DNA of 64,000 nt from Somniosus microcephalus (lineage: Eukaryota), in NCBI GenBank assembly GCA_052327205.1, contig CM126203.1, positions 40,300,001 to 40,364,000 on the forward strand. Direction: 5' to 3'. Within the stretch, counting starts at the first letter, position 1. Each line of letters starts with the position of its first letter. The notes under the pieces were generated by a model. The model did not search any database, was not told the DNA's origin, and saw nothing but the letters and a program-made list of their open reading frames with translations. A program made the translations under genes and the position numbers. This document shows, in pieces, positions 23,311 to 36,322 of this stretch.

Positions 23311-23611
23311 TCAATTCATTGTTTGTTCTTGACAATCTTGTGCTTTTAGAAAACTATAAAGTCATTTTAATACTGCATCTTGTTAGTGGAACATTACCAA
23401 TGGTACTTTCTGTTGCATTAAGTATATACAAGGAAAGTCAGGCAAACAAAATCTCATGTTACGGATTAAATGCTGCTGCAGGAGTATTTAGAAAAAAGGT
23501 AATTAAAAAATTCACGGTTACCCCAATCTCTGACTGTACCTTCAGCAGGGCTCCCACGTAATTGTATAAACAGCTATTAACACCTGGAGAAACATTGCAT
23601 GTGGATTGGGA

Positions 23612-25577
23612 GAACCTTGGCAGAAATTCAGGGCCACTATCCTTTCCTCATCACCAACATGGGATGCAAAAGGATCTAGCCAGGGTAAAATGGAACCAAA
23701 GACTGACAGAACAATGGGTGATCTTTAAGGAGATGTTCCAAGTACATTCCAACAAGAGGGTAAGGGAACCAAGGGCTCCATGGATGACGAGAGAGATAAA
23801 GATAATGAAACAAAAAAAGGTGTATGCTGCATGTCAGGCGAGTTCTTCAAGGGAGAACCAGACCAAATACAATAATTTGACACGCTGCAAAGATGAAAAA
23901 AAATTGGCAAAGAGAGAGAATATGAGTAGAATAGCGGTTAACATAAAAAGGAACCCAAAAATATTCTACCAGCATGTAAACAGTAAGCGGGTAGTAAGAG
24001 ACGGGGTGGGGCCGATTGGAGACAAAGGTTGATAGAGGTACACGGCAAGGCTAGAATACTCTACTTTGTATCGGTGTTTACGAAGGAGGTGGATGCTGAC
24101 AAAATAAATTGGTAGAAGTAGAAAAGGTAGAAGCAATGGAAGGAGTGATAATTGATAGGATGTACTAAAGGCTGGGTATGTTTAGCGGACAAGTTGCCTG
24201 GTCCAGATGACTTGCATTCCAGGTTGCTAAGGGAATTGGGTGAGGAGATAGCAGAAGGGCTTGCAATAATTTTCCAATCTTCCCTAGATGCGGGGGAGGT
24301 GCCTAAGGATTGGAAAGTGGCAAATGTGACACCATTGTTCAAAGGGTGTAAGGACAAACCTAGTAACTACAGGCCGGTCAGTTGTGGGTAAAGTTTTAGA
24401 AACAATAATCAAGGAAAAAATTAACGGGCACTGAGGTTGAAGAAGCTAATTAAGGAGAGCCAACACTGATTTGTAAAAGGCAGATCATGTTTGACTAATT
24501 GAATTTTTTGATGAAGTAAGGATTTACATGGATTTTAGGAAGGTGTTTGTCAAAGTACCACAAAAGGGTCAGTGGCAGCTTGGATAAGGAATTTGCTTAA
24601 GGACAGAAAACTGAGTTGTGGTAAATGGCTGTTTTTCAGACTGGAGGATGGTTGACAGTGGTGTTCCCCAAGGGTCAGTGCTGGAGCCACTTTTTTTTTT
24701 GATATATGTAAATGACCTGGATATTGGAATACAGTAGAATTTCTAAATTTGCCAATGACACCAAACTTGGGGGTGTGGCAAACAGTGAGGATGATGCCAA
24801 TCAACTGCAACAGGACGCAGAATGAGTAGACACGTGGCAGATGGAATGTAAGAGAAATGTGAGGTGATGCATTTTGGCAGAAGGAACAGGGAGAGGCAAT
24901 ATACACTTTAAAACTGTGCCATTAAGAGTGTGCAGGGACAGAAGGAACTGGGAGTTAATGTGCATCGATCGGTCCCTGCAGGTGGTAGGACATATAGAGA
25001 GTGGTTAGCAAAGCATGGGATCTTGGGCCTCACAAATAGAGGTATCGAGTACAAAAGTAGAGAAGTTATACTGAACCTTTATAAAGCACTGGTTAGGCCA
25101 CAACTGGAATATTGCGTCCAGTCTGGTCACACTTTAGGAAGGATGTGAAGGCCCTTGAGCGGGTGCAGAGATTTACCAGAATGGTTCTGGGGATCTTAGC
25201 TACAAGGACAGGTTGGAGAAGCTGGATTTGTTTTCATTAGAGCAAAGGAGGTTGAGGGGTGATTTGAATAGAGGTGTACAAGATTATGACAGGTTTGGAT
25301 AAGCTAGACAGGGAAAGGCTGTTCCCACTAGTTGATGGTACAAGGACTAAGGGATACAGATTTAAAGTTTTGAGCAAGAGATACAGGGGGATGCGAGAAC
25401 TTTTTTACACAGGAAGTGGTGATGACCTGGAATTCGTTGCCAATGGAAGTGGAGACAATGTTTTCAAGGAGACTGGATGGAAATAAGCTTGCAGGACTAC
25501 AGGGAGAGAGCAGGGGAATGGGAGACAGCTGACACGGACCCAAATGGCCTCCATCTGTGCTGTTATGACTCTATATT
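23612..25577 (+). mobile_element. Degraded CR1 LINE ORF2 (tether plus RT) in the NOCT-ELF2 intergenic gap
   Basis: PWMTREI, KRNPKIFYQHVNSKR, PGPDDLHSRLLREL, WKVANVTPLFK and RPQLEYCVQ; tail tgactctata. Confidence 0.9.
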
Positions 25578-27259
25578 CTACTTAACAGTATGGGAGATGG
25601 TATCTAATAAGGTCTTGTTAAATTTTGAAGCCTGCTTAAGATCTCTTCCCTCGCCTTCGGTCTGGAACATCCTCCATTCTTTTACTACCCTGGGCTCTGA
25701 TCAGCTTATATTAAAGTCAATTGTTCCATCCAAAGTATTTTTAAGTTAATTTTTAAAAAGATTAAGAAATGTTTGTTTCTATCTCTCCCTATATCTTTGT
25801 GAAGCAAATTTGCTTAGCTACTTTATAATGATTATAAGTAGTTATTTATGTTTTGGCATCTGGTCCATGCAAAGGTCAAGATGTGCATTTGTCTTTTCTG
25901 TAACATACTCGCAGTACAAGCTTCAAGCTTCTGGTAGTCACAGTACATGTCGTAAGCAGATACTAAGTTGTATAAAAAAAATTCAACATGGAAAGCTATG
26001 CCGCCAATAAATTGTCCCAACTCTATCCTCTTCAAGGTTGGTGCCTTTAAGCATTTTTCAAACTCGAGTAGAGAATCAGTGGAGGAGGGTTGCCGCTGGG
26101 AGCAAACCCTGCCTGCAAACTGCTCCGGAGGCTGTGCAATACTGTCATTTGCATAGCCAGGAAAAATATGACCTGGTCTCCATGCATGTTACAATGTTGG
26201 CACAATTAAAGATTCATCAACAGAAAGCAAAAACTACAACAGAAAGCAAAAACTACAACAAAGAAAATGCTGGACGCCCACAACAGGTCAGGCAGCATCT
26301 ATAGAAGAAATGGATCAGTTAATGTTTCAGGTGCAGACCCTTCAATCAACAGTTCCTCCACTATCCTGACTAATCAGTTTGGGCAGCAGTGGAAAAGGGA
26401 ACAAAATTAGGGTACAGGAACTACTACCACATTGCTGCCTAGACATTAATTTCCCTCCCCACAGCCACGCCTTCAATCCATTTTGCTCCCCAGCACTTAC
26501 CTGTTGAAGGCCTCTATCTTCAGAGCTCTTCTTCTGTGTCTTATGCTACTGCAGCCCCATTGAAGCATCACTGACATTTCCTTCAGGGCTCCCATCATGA
26601 ATGCTTACTCCCCCACCAATCCCCAGAAACTCAGCTGGGGTCAGGGTGGTGGGCACAAGTCCCACCCCAACACTAGTGGCGGGAAGAAGGAATTTCAGCC
26701 CATCAACCTCCAACAAACAGCAGCATAGGTTGCCTTCGGAGGACCTGCTGAAATATCCCTTAAGCTTATGGTAATGCCCATCTGAAGTGGGGAACAAAAT
26801 GGCTGCAAAAGCATTAAGGGGATGTATCAAAGATGGGTAAACAGCCTATTTGTTCAAATTCAGTGCATTCTTTATAATGAAAATATGTACAGCGAGGGAA
26901 GAGAAAGTTCTAGAGCGCTGCATAGGTGGGCTGCTGTTTGGAATCCCACACTGACTTGTGATGAGAAAGAAAAGATTTGAATCTAGTATGGTCATGTCAT
27001 GCCTTTTTTTTTAAATATTAAAGTGAATATTTTCCAGACATGGTCTTTGCATTCCCTGAAAAATTCTACCCTTTGCTCTAATTTAGAAATAAATAAATAG
27101 CCCTCAAATTCTCCCACCATAACTTCAGTAGAACCTCCAGAGAAACAGCCATTTTAAGCTGTTTCTACAATGGTTCCAGCAGGACAACCTCTGCAGACTT
27201 TCAGTACCATGTGTATTTACAACTTTCGTGGTGAAGTGTAGTCTAACTATTACTGTCCA

Positions 27260-29596
27260 GCACACCTGCTGAGTTTATTGCAGTACAACACTCTATGGTT
27301 AAACCACTATTGAACCATGCAACAGTTTTAAAACAGCTTTAAAAAAAGTTGATTTTTTTATAAATCAAACTCCTCCCAGTTAATTCCTATGGCAAACTCC
27401 TGAGAAAACAGCTTAAATCAAAGTTTATTTAAGTTTTCCATTTCTAAAGAGTGGGTGGGGTGCATTGGTGCTTTGCTGATTTAGGGATATTTAAGTTACA
27501 ACACATTTTTGTTCATCTTTTAAAAATCACCTTTAAAGAAGATACGTAGACACTAGATATACTTTGTATTTCTTTACCAAAACACAATCAAAACAGGATT
27601 CACTGTTATATTTTGGTAAAATCTACTTGAATACACTTTGAAACAAGAGTACAACAAAATAGAATATACTTCAAATGTTGAAACTGTACAAACATCTTCA
27701 GTCAGAACACTGGTAATCTCCCTAATCAATCATTAAGGAGGGAGTTTCAATACCAGAATCCAGTTTTAAAAAGCAGGTGGTTGTGAAGGGTTTAACATCT
27801 TTTTGTTTTGGTCCATTTGTTTCAGGTTTAAATACTTTTGAACAGTGAGTACTGATAAAAGCCAAAGGCAGTACCAGGGTGAAAGGGCGTTGCTTACTAT
27901 GTCATAGCTGAATATTAACCCAACTATGCATGGTACCTCTATCTTCAGGGCCAGCCTCGGTAATGGTCCTAGCCAATACCATACCCTCGTTCCCCCCCCC
28001 CTCCCAAACACGATATAGTTCATCATCACTGCGTAAACTAAAATTGATAAAAATGGATGGAACGAAAAGGATGTTAATTATAATTTCTTGTAACAGTTTT
28101 CTTTTTAAAAAAGTTGGGTCCTGATGGCGAGACTTCCTCTTTAACCGAAGTCAGCAGGTTTAGAACTACCTGAAAAGGAACAGCTCATTGCACAAAGCTA
28201 GACTGAACATGACCTTGAAGTGGCAAAAAAAAAAGCAAAATGTTTATACATACACCAAGGCAAAGTGACACGGGCATTATAAAAAAAACAGGTTATAGCC
28301 AAAGGTCTGTCACTTAACTTGACCACAAACCATGTATCTGGCTGGCTCTAACTACCATAAAATAACATGTTACTCCATAACAATACTGTGCTTTATGTGT
28401 AAGATTAAAAAGAGCTTTAAACAAAAAGCTAGTTCTTACATAGCTTATCTTTTTTTTAAAAAAATGGAAAAACTCAAGCTGTCATTTAACATTGCTCACA
28501 AACTGTAATTATACAAATCCTGAAAATACACCTTCATACCCTCCTCTCCAAATAAAAGCAGTAACTTCTATTTCAACTTAATCCTTCACATTCCATAGTT
28601 TTTTTTTTCTTTAAAGAGAATTCACTTAGCACCAGTAGAAGAAAAAGTACTGTGTGCACACAGTGTTATTTAAACAAAGGTTGGTATGCATTTGAAATGC
28701 AATAGGCAGCATCCAGTTTTAAAGGCCCAGCATTACCAGCAACTTACTTGCAAGTAACCAATTCCTGAACAAACCTCATGACTGATGGGCTGTCAGCACT
28801 TCCAATTAGATCATGATTCTACAACAAATACATGAACCATTTTGCTAATAAAAATTTAACCTCAGCATTGTTTTAAAAAAAAGTATTTTTCTAATTCCAG
28901 GGGAGAGCTAGGAGGCTAATTCCTAAATTAAGAGCTGAGGAAAGGAAGGGGACTTGATGAGATGTGCATAGATATGAAAATTTGCATCCAGGAAAGGATT
29001 TGAGTGCTGCGGGGGCACTATTTAAATTTACGCAACTTTCTTTTAGTTTTAAGAGTGATAAAAATGGATGAATTCATGTTAGTAAACGAGATACAGGGTC
29101 ATTGGTTCTATATTTACAATACAAAACCTGAACGGAGGTTTGGAAGGTTCAGCTAGAAGGACCAATTGTGAACAGTCGCATTAGTAATAATAGTAAAGAC
29201 CAGGTGACATTTCAGCTCAACACCTCCACTACAATGAAGATGTCTGTTGGGAGCAGGTAGCAAATTCCTGATCGCACTGGTGCTTTAAAGCTTATGCAGT
29301 TTTCAGAGAAACATTCTATGCCAGTCATTGAAATATTAGTGTTTCCAGAAATTCTTAGTGTAGATTTAAAATGTAGTGAAACACGTGGTCCCTTTTTTGG
29401 ATCAATATGCATTTAATTGCATATGAATTCATTGAAATCTCATTTGTTCCTATTCAGAGAGTTTCTTCGTCAGCATTTGATGATGTGGCTCAAATCCCAC
29501 TGTGAAGCATGGGATGGGAAAAAAGTTCGATACCTGCTGGAAACATTCCTTTTTAAAAGTCTCATATGACAACCTTTTGTCTCAACAGCTGCGCTA
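27260..29596 (-). other. ELF2: Probable ELF2 3'UTR
   Basis: AT-rich and repeat-free. Minus-strand AATAAA at 27424-27429 and 27274-27279; Pumilio element TGTAAATA at 29111-29118 (-). Confidence 0.55.
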
Positions 29597-30230
29597 TTAT
29601 TTTTCACCAGTCACCGTGGCTTCTGCCTCTGTTTTCACTGTCAAAGGAAGGGCAATGGCTGAGGGTGCACTGACAACCACCCAGCGAGTCACAGTCTTAC
29701 TACCCTCCACTGAACGCTCTTCCTTAATCACGGGCAGATTGTGGAGATCTGCTCCCACCTTTGTAGCCATTCCTTCCTGCTTGACCTCTGCCCCCTTGAT
29801 GATGGCAGTAATAACTCGAGCAGGACTCTGACCTGTAGCCTGCTGGGCAGGCATAGCTAGTCTCATTACAGGCGTCCCTCCTGCTATTGACATGGGAGAA
29901 AGAGCTCGAATTGCTGCCTGTGCTCCAACGATGTTAATGCTGCCAGTTGTAGCCAAGCCTGCCTTTGTCTGTAAGTGACACTGGGTGATCTGTGTTGCGG
30001 GGATGGTGATGATTTTTGTCGGCTGCATAGTGATTTTGTCTCCATTCTCTACTGTAGTAGCAGGCACCATTGTAGGGATAGTTTGGATGAGAACCTTTGG
30101 AGTGGAGACGGTCGTGTTTGTGCTGGTTATTACTGTAGAAACCGGGTTCATTGACTGAACAGCTACCGTCGAAAACTTCTGGCCTGAAGAAGTCATTACA
30201 ACAGGCACCTGCATTGCAACACGAACAGTT
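29597..30230 (-). CDS. ELF2: ELF2 terminal coding exon (TVRVAMQVPVVMTS...VVVSAPSAIALPLTVKTE...GEK)
   Basis: Acceptor CAGCAG; ELF2-specific C-terminus; stop TAA followed immediately by TAG. Confidence 0.95.
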
Positions 30231-30517
30231 CTGCTGTTGGCAAAGAAGTGGAAGGAACAAGTTAGCAACACTGAGCTATTTTTAGGCTTCTTTAATACCT
30301 CGTACTGTGCTTCCGACTGCGCCTGATTGTTTTGGACAGCACTGCTAATTATATGCAATGGTTAAAGTTTCCTCGACCATCAATGTCAGTTGTGGGATAC
30401 AAATGACCGTCTTCCTTTTTCTGGGTTACAAAAAATATCAATTGTGTCTTGAAGCCATCCATCTTACATAATCTCATTACAGCATTCTCAAACATTTTCA
30501 GGCCCAAAACTACAATA

Positions 30518-30842
30518 CAAGAAACTCTTTTTTTTATCCGGCACCGACGGGACCGGCGTGGTGCCGGTTTATCAAAAAGTCCGGATTACAGAGAGGTACG
30601 AGAGCCCCATACACGGCCACAGATCCAGGCGTCCCTGTTGCATAGCAACAGGTGCAGGAACCCCGGCCACCAATCCAGGCGTCCCTGTTGCATAGCAACA
30701 GGTGCAGGAACCCCGGTTACACGGCCACAGATCCAGGAACGGCCACTAATATGAAGTAAAACTTACCGGAACCTACTCCTGAATTTTGCCGGTTAACAGA
30801 GATTTCCAGTTATTTAGGTGCCAGTAAATCGAGAGTTTCCTG
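30518..30842 (-). mobile_element. Tc1/mariner-type MITE (TA-flanked, CAGGAAACT TIR) with an internal 50-bp tandem repeat
   Basis: TA|CAAGAAACT...AGTTTCCTG|TA; termini homologous to 33498-33813 and 39699-40023 in opposite orientation. Confidence 0.8.
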
Positions 30843-33497
30843 TACATTTATCTGTACTTTCTGTAACACCAGTTCAAAATTAGTAGATGGCAATGGGATA
30901 ACTGGGAGCAGGGCAAAAGCGATCCCAATGTTACAACTTCCTGCAGTAACTGATAAAGGGGGGGGTGGGGGTGATATAAAAGTCCAAGCTTGGCACAAAC
31001 TTAAGATAAAGTCAGAAGTCCAAAACTGAGTGAAATCAGCTGCATGTTTACACAGAGTCAAAATATAAACAATATGTTTAATTAGAAAACAGTTTAATCT
31101 GCAAAACAACTTTGGATGTAACAAATATGTTTTTACTTTAGTGAATAATACAACCATCCACATGGAGTTTAACCCTAAGAGTTGATGCTGATAATTAACT
31201 GTGTCCTCAGCTCCTCCGCCATGGGTCTTCAATCAGCTGGCAGTAACTCTGCTCCGTGTGGGTACCGTTGTCAAGAGAGAGAAAACATGGTGTTCTCCCT
31301 GTGACGACGTGTATCAAACCAGAACTGGAGCATGCCAACATTAACCGTTTTCCAGGTTTTATTGACTTGTACCCTAATTTTCAAATTCATCTTCAGGGAG
31401 GAGTAAATGGCAGGTTTAATGGAGTTTACATAGTTTTTCCTTTCTGCACCCGTTTCCTTCCAGGTTTTTATTCACCGTGATTTTCTAGAACTATTCCCAG
31501 GCATCGTCAGAACAACTTATCCAACACAGAGCCGGCAAATCTAGCTAGCTTGCTTCTCTGCACAGAGCTATGTGCATAATCCTCACTGCAGACCCCCATT
31601 AAAAGCATGTCCACCGTGCCACAAAGCAGTAAGCCATGGTGATGACATGCAAGGACACCACCTTTTAACATTCACACTTCCCAATCACCAGGCTACTCCT
31701 CTACCCCCCTAACTCAAAACAGCCACGACAAAAAAAGGACACCGAGTAATGACACAGAAAAGGCCATCATAGACCTGAAGGTGACTTCAAAATGATAGCT
31801 ACGTAGCTTGATAATCACATCAGCACCAATGAGCTTTAAAATCTGACCTGCCCTATCCTGAGACACTCGAGCATTGTCATGAAAAATGACGCGGTAGAAT
31901 GCACCCTAACCAGAAAGCTCAATCATTTAAAAACCACAGAAATATTTCCCACACTGGTTACTAAATTCTTTGTTCTAAACTTACTTTTCATACTTTGGTC
32001 CACCAAGTTATTGAAACTACATTTTATAATGGGACATTTACAAACACAACATGCCATTTGGCACATTTGTAATGCGTGGCCTATGTACTCAACAAAACTA
32101 CTGCAAAGACCAATAAACCCTTGAAAATGACCTTGATTTAAACCAAATGACACTGCCATTTCCGAACACTAGCTGTTGAGCATCTGCGTATGCAAAATAA
32201 GCAGTTGCAAGTGTCAAAATCAGATCTATAAAGTATATTACAAGTCTTGTGCGCACTTCCTGTTGTGTAACACTTCTTGCAACTGTTATATGTGACCCAT
32301 CACAATCACACTGGTGTCATTCTATTTCCATCATATATTTATGCTATGTTTTAGTTTGGCTCAATGGTAGCACTCCCGCCTCTGGATCCCTTTTCCTTCC
32401 CCCCCAACTCCTGAACACCAGCCTGTGGCCCAGGCCAGATCCCACCCCTGAATGGTGCCCCATTTTCAACATCTGAAAATGTGGCCTGCGATCATATTCA
32501 GCTTCATTTGGGCCAGGGAATCGCATTCAATCGCAGGCCATATGTCGATCATATGCTGTTTCGCATGAGCAACACCACACAGGAGGTTAACTGGTCATTT
32601 CCATCAGAATAAATTCAGAATTTTTTTTTTGTTCTCTTCTGTAAATCACTAATTCTCGCATTTCAGTTTTTCTCAGTCTATTGATGTCCGTGCCTGATTA
32701 TTTTTTTTAAGCTATATATTCCACTTTTCCCACTCACCATTTTACTTGCAACTTTGGACATATGACAAGATAGTAACACTAGGTGGCAGTATCAGAGATA
32801 ACTTTGATGTGGCCACATTTCTACTGCAAAGCACATTTTATTTTATATTTTAATAAAGGAACAGAATTTGTCTGAAAGTAAAGCATTAGCGGGGAACAGG
32901 GGATGGCTATGCTGCTTTACTTTCCTCTCTGAAATGAAAGGAATATGAGCGCATTTGTGCGGTTTCCTTACATTCTTGCAGTTTAACAGTAGTTGGAGCA
33001 GAACTGTGTAATGGCTACATCGACTATATAATGCCAGACCTCAGAAAATCTGTCATTACTTGAACAAGATGGCAGGATTTAGAGGAACCTTAATCTGCAA
33101 TGATGTCATTTACTCATAATGGGGCAAGAAAATAATGCAATGCAGGTAGTTTAAATCGGCAAGCACCAACTGTTCTGACCTGTGGATTAAGCATAGTTGA
33201 GAAATGTTCCAGTAAACTGATCAGGTCAACAATAGCAGAAGTTATTATATAATCATCTACAACCACTGAATAAAGTAGCTGCCCTAACAGCAGTTTCTAT
33301 ATCAGCCACCCCTACTGGTCTCAATGAGTGAGACTGCTCATTCAGGAACAGCTACGTGTGTCAGCTGCTGTAATTTATACCTGGCCTACAATGGCGATCA
33401 AGAGCTGAATCCGAAACAAAAAACATTGTTTTCGGCAGCTCTCCTTTACTCTGATGTTTCTAAATAGAGTTCCTACCAGTATAGATATTTGCATGTA

Positions 33498-33813
33498 CAG
33501 GAAACTTTTGATTTACCGGCACCTAAATAACCGGAAATCTCGGTTAACCGGCAAAATTCAGGAGTAGGTTCAGGTAACTTTTATTATTTGCCTTCCTCCA
33601 TTTGTTGCTGTGCAAGGGTGTGGCTGCAACTGTTGCTAAGCTACAGAGACGCTTGCAACTTGTGGCCATTGTTCTGAAGTAAGCAACAGGGTTTGTTGCT
33701 TTATACGGAGCTCTCAGCTCCGTATCTTTTACTATAGCTTTCGGTTATCCGGAATTTTTGATGAACCGGCACCACGTCGGTCCCGTCCATGCCAGATAAA
33801 AAAAAGTTTCCTG
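33498..33813 (+). mobile_element. Tc1/mariner-type MITE
   Basis: TA|CAGGAAACTTTT...AAAAGTTTCCTG|TA: 12-bp TIR and TA target duplication. Confidence 0.85.
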
Positions 33814-33934
33814 TATATAGTACCTTATCATACCTTTCAGGAATGATGTACATACAATTCATTACTTTTAAGGTGCGGTCACTGATACTACTGTAGGCAA
33901 AGAGGGCGACCATTCTTCACACGATCCCAAAACA

Positions 33935-35075
33935 GCAACTTGCATTTATATACCCCTTTAACATGGAAAAGTGTCCCACAGCACTTTACAGATGCATAAT
34001 CAGAAATAAACAGATGCCAAGCCAAAGAAGAAAATATTAGGAGGCATGACCATAAAGCTTGATCAAAGAGGTGGGTTTTAAAGAGAGGAGAGGGAGATGG
34101 AGGGGCTGAAGGAGGACATTCCAGAGTGAGGCCTAGGCAGCTGAAGGTACTACCACTAAAGAGGGGGCAGAAGGAAGGGGTAGAACAAGAGGCCAGAAAT
34201 CAGAGGAAGAGAGAATTTGGAGAGGGATTTTGTAGGTCTGGCAGAGGTTACAGAGAAAGGGGTGGGCAAGGCATGAAGGAATTTAAGCCCAAAAGGTGAA
34301 CATTTTCAATCTGAGGCACTGGGCGGACCGTGAGCCAATGCAGGTCAGCGAGAACGAGGATGATGGGAGCAGGATACGGACTGCAGGGGTGGGAAAAGAA
34401 GCCATTGCTGAAAATGCTCTGGCTACGATCGGATAGGCTAGAGTGAAGCCCAAGTGTGGACAGTCCCACTGAGCTGGACAGCAGAGACGTCGGAGGAGGA
34501 TGGCGTGGTTGACCATGTCAACGGCTGCCGAAGGTCAAGGAGGGATGATGCACCAGTCACAGATGATGTTATTTGTGACTTTGGTTAGGACCGTTTCGGT
34601 GCTGTGGCAGGGCCAGAAACCTGTTTGGAAAGATTCAGAGAGTTGCAGGCAACATTCCCTTTAAGCTGCGCAGCGCTCTGCAGGTCCCGGTGCAAAACAG
34701 CATGTGCACAGAATTTTAATGGCCCACACAGCCCATTAAAGGGAAAAGTGCGGACCAAAAAAAAACTTAGAGGGAACATTGGTTGCAAGAGAAATGGGCG
34801 AAGATCTGGGATGTGGCAGCATGTTCAAGGACTTTGAAGAGGAAAGGGCAGTTAGAAATGGGGCAGTAGTTTGCAAGGATCAAGGGTATCTTTTTAAGGA
34901 GGTAGTTTAAAAAGGATGGGGTACAGTACCTGACGAGAGGGAACCATTTACAATATCAGTTAGCAGGGAAGTTAGGTGGTAAGCAGTTTAGTGGGAATGG
35001 CGTCAAAAGAGCAGGAGGTGGGTCTCAGGAACGAGATGAGCTTGAAATGGGCATGAGGGGAGATAGGAGAGGAAC
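33935..35075 (-). mobile_element. Degraded L2 LINE
   Basis: L2-type tail (aacttgcatttatata on +) and RT remnants (VNHAILLRRL). Confidence 0.7.
34650..34781. mobile_element. hAT-type MITE (132 bp) inserted in the L2
   Basis: TIRs CAACATTCCCTTTAAG / CTTAGAGGGAACATTG; 8-bp target duplication GTTGCAGG (34642) / GTTGCAAG (34782). Confidence 0.8.
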
Positions 35076-35230
35076 AAGGGATAGATCTGGGATTTTCTTT
35101 TCAAACACAGGTGACAGTACAGTTCACCAGCCCACTATGCCACCCAGTCTCTGGTTTTAAATTGGCATCTAAAAACTTCCAGTACTTGCATATAAAACGA
35201 GCATAACATTTATGCGTAGAACCTACTAAC

Positions 35231-35608
35231 CTTGGAACCGTTGTGGTTACTACTGGAAGGGAAGTTGTAGGCACCTGAGATAGGACTCCACCATGACCAG
35301 CCGACGAGACCTTCACTGTTGCAGCCCTCCCCAGCTTCACAACACTCTGCTGTGCTGCGTTCCGTACTCCTCGCGAAGCTGCCATAGTTTTTGATGAAAT
35401 GGGAGAGGAGATATTTTCTGAAGATGGAGAAGTTGCCTCAGATAAGTTGCCAGTTGCATCAGTCCGTGTTTCAGTCGGATATGATCCTTCACTACTAGGA
35501 TCCGTTTTGTCTTCATCAATGATTACTAGGTTTTTGGGCATCTCTTTGAACTGGTAGACCAAGCGTTGTCCCTCCACCTTGGCCAGGATCCCTCTTTGGT
35601 AGTAATAC
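35231..35608 (-). CDS. ELF2: ELF2 exon, ETS C-terminal part plus Ser/Thr-rich linker ([26 protein letters not shown]...TTTVPR)
   Basis: tttAG|GTATTAC...CCAAG|GTtagt, 378 bp, phase 2/2. Confidence 0.96.
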
Positions 35609-35610
35609 CT

Positions 35611-35855
35611 AAAGAAAAAAAGACTGCATTTATATAGCGCCTTTCACTACCTTAGGATGTGTCAAAGAGTTCTACAGCCAATGAAGTACTTTTGACGTGT
35701 AGTCACTGTTGCAATGCAGGAAACGTGGCAGCCAATTTGCACTCAGCAAGCTCCCACAAACAGCAATGTGATAATGACCAGATAATCTGTTTTAGTGATG
35801 TTGATTGAGGGATAAATATTGGCCAGGACACCAGGGATAACTCCCCTGCTCTTCC
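35611..35855 (-). mobile_element. 5'-truncated DeuSINE-like SINE abutting the ELF2 acceptor
   Basis: Reverse complement of the 3' half of the SINEs at 13275 and 56727. Confidence 0.85.
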
Positions 35856-36077
35856 TAGTCAAAATACTACAGCTGAAACAAAACTGTTATGAGTAGACAC
35901 CAAATTTCCTCAAGCTTATATAATCTTGGAAGAGACACAAACATATGCTGCTGTTTTAGCTAAAACTCTAGTTACAAAGGTGTCGATCACGATTGTCAAT
36001 GGACTTAATCTGCAGTAACAACAGAAAATGCTGGACGCACTCAGCAGGCCAGGCAGCATCCGTGGAGAGAGAAACAG

Positions 36078-36114
36078 AATTAATGTTTCAGGTCTGTGAC
36101 CCCTCATCAGAACT
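36078..36114 (-). ncRNA. Minimal type I hammerhead ribozyme motif in a Penelope terminal repeat
   Basis: Minus strand reads AGTT-CTGATGA-G-GGGTC-ACA-GACCT-GAAA-CA-TT-AATT. Confidence 0.6.
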
Positions 36115-36322
36115 GGAAAAGGTTCGAGATGTGACAGATTTTAAGCAGGTGCAGAGACAGGGAAAGGGGGTGGGGCAGAGAGGGGAGGAAGGAATTGAAG
36201 GAACAGTCTGTGTTAGGGTAGAAGGCAGGAGAGATTAAATGTTGCAAATGGGGATGGCAGAATCATCAACAGCCGCCTGAAAAATGGGGGATGGGGTTAT
36301 AGTCTAAAATTGTTGAACTCAG

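Noticed and set aside
30612-30737. CRISPR-like repeat with a palindrome
   Set aside because: Eukaryotic context, no unique spacers and no cas genes; it is a simple tandem duplication inside a MITE.
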